A stretch of 64,000 bases of DNA from Chrysemys picta bellii. Taxonomy: Eukaryota. The position numbers and the translations under genes are program-made. The DNA is taken from assembly GCF_011386835.1 (NCBI RefSeq), contig NC_088792.1:287556001-287620000 (forward strand). Direction: 5' to 3'. The notes below the pieces were generated by a model. It ran no database searches. It was not told where the DNA came from and was given only the letters and a program-made list of their open reading frames with translations. Each line of letters opens with the position of its first letter. The first letter of the stretch is position 1. Below are positions 63,330-64,000 of this stretch, one piece after another.

Positions 63330-64000
63330 TTAGTGTGAGAGCCCGGATGAATGACAGCTCTGGCAAATGCAGGGTTAGATTTCCCAATCAAACTCACGTC
63401 ATTTTTAAAGCCCAGGTGCGATGGTCCAATGGGCTTTTTTTCGCATTGAATTCTGGACCATGCAGCCTTCCGGCAGCTCGATGTAGTTAGGAACTTCGTT
63501 GCCTGATCACCAAGGAAGCCTGCAACCTCATCTGTGTAAAGTCTTTTAGGGCGTGCATCAGCTTGGTAATTACAAATTCAAAACCTAACCTTCCCCACAA
63601 AGTGAGTTATTAAAAGCACAGCAAGAAAAAAACAAGTGCCTCCAAAAATCGCACGCCACCTTCCCTGGGCTGAGGGGGTGAGATAAATACTTGTATTGTT
63701 AATGAGTCGTGCATGTGCCGCAAAGAGAGCCTGGGTACCTAAGGCTTCTAGCTTCATACATCATACCACTCTCCGTGATATGCACTGCCTGCCCCAAGGG
63801 CTGCTCGCTGCTTATGTTTATCTGCTGAGAATTCCCACTCATCCTCTCGCCAAGCAACTAATGGGCTACTGGGCCCCCAAATGATTAGTCTCGTGATGGA
63901 AGCTCATGTTCCAAACCCATTTCCAAGTGTATTTTTATGGTGGCCTTTGAGCTCAATGCCCAGCTGGGTTTTACAACGTTTAGGAATTACCGCAGATGCC

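Overview
Vertebrate nuclear DNA, almost certainly turtle (Testudines). The taxon call rests on tRNA-derived 'tortoise polIII/SINE'-type elements, CR1 LINEs with shared tails, and turtle-type Harbinger, hAT and Penelope families. The only recognisable host coding sequence is one 435-bp internal exon of ARHGAP39 (Vilse/CrossGAP RhoGAP, the tandem WW-domain exon) at 29422-29856 (+). The rest is most simply read as the two flanking introns. These are densely filled with transposons: a structurally complete but dead DIRS tyrosine-recombinase retrotransposon (46006-54180) with a CR1 inside it and a SINE inside that CR1; a dead two-gene Harbinger (38021-42002); many CR1 3' fragments; hAT, Tigger and Harbinger MITEs; Penelope fragments; MIR and L2 relics; and probable solo LTRs. 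There is one 129-bp assembly gap. No prokaryotic system, CRISPR array or intact RNA gene is present, and I found no clearly novel system. The observations most worth following up are: (1) Penelope copies that fold back into perfect 74- and 79-bp palindromes, or terminate, at the hammerhead-ribozyme stem II/core; (2) a 175-bp TG...CA element with a 4-bp TSD carrying tRNA-type Pol III A/B boxes; (3) a 76-bp-arm hairpin inside a hAT MITE whose only two mismatches are G-U compatible; (4) the DIRS with intact ITR/ICR architecture and an adenine-methyltransferase-like domain. All coordinates and identities were read by eye, without alignment software or database searches.
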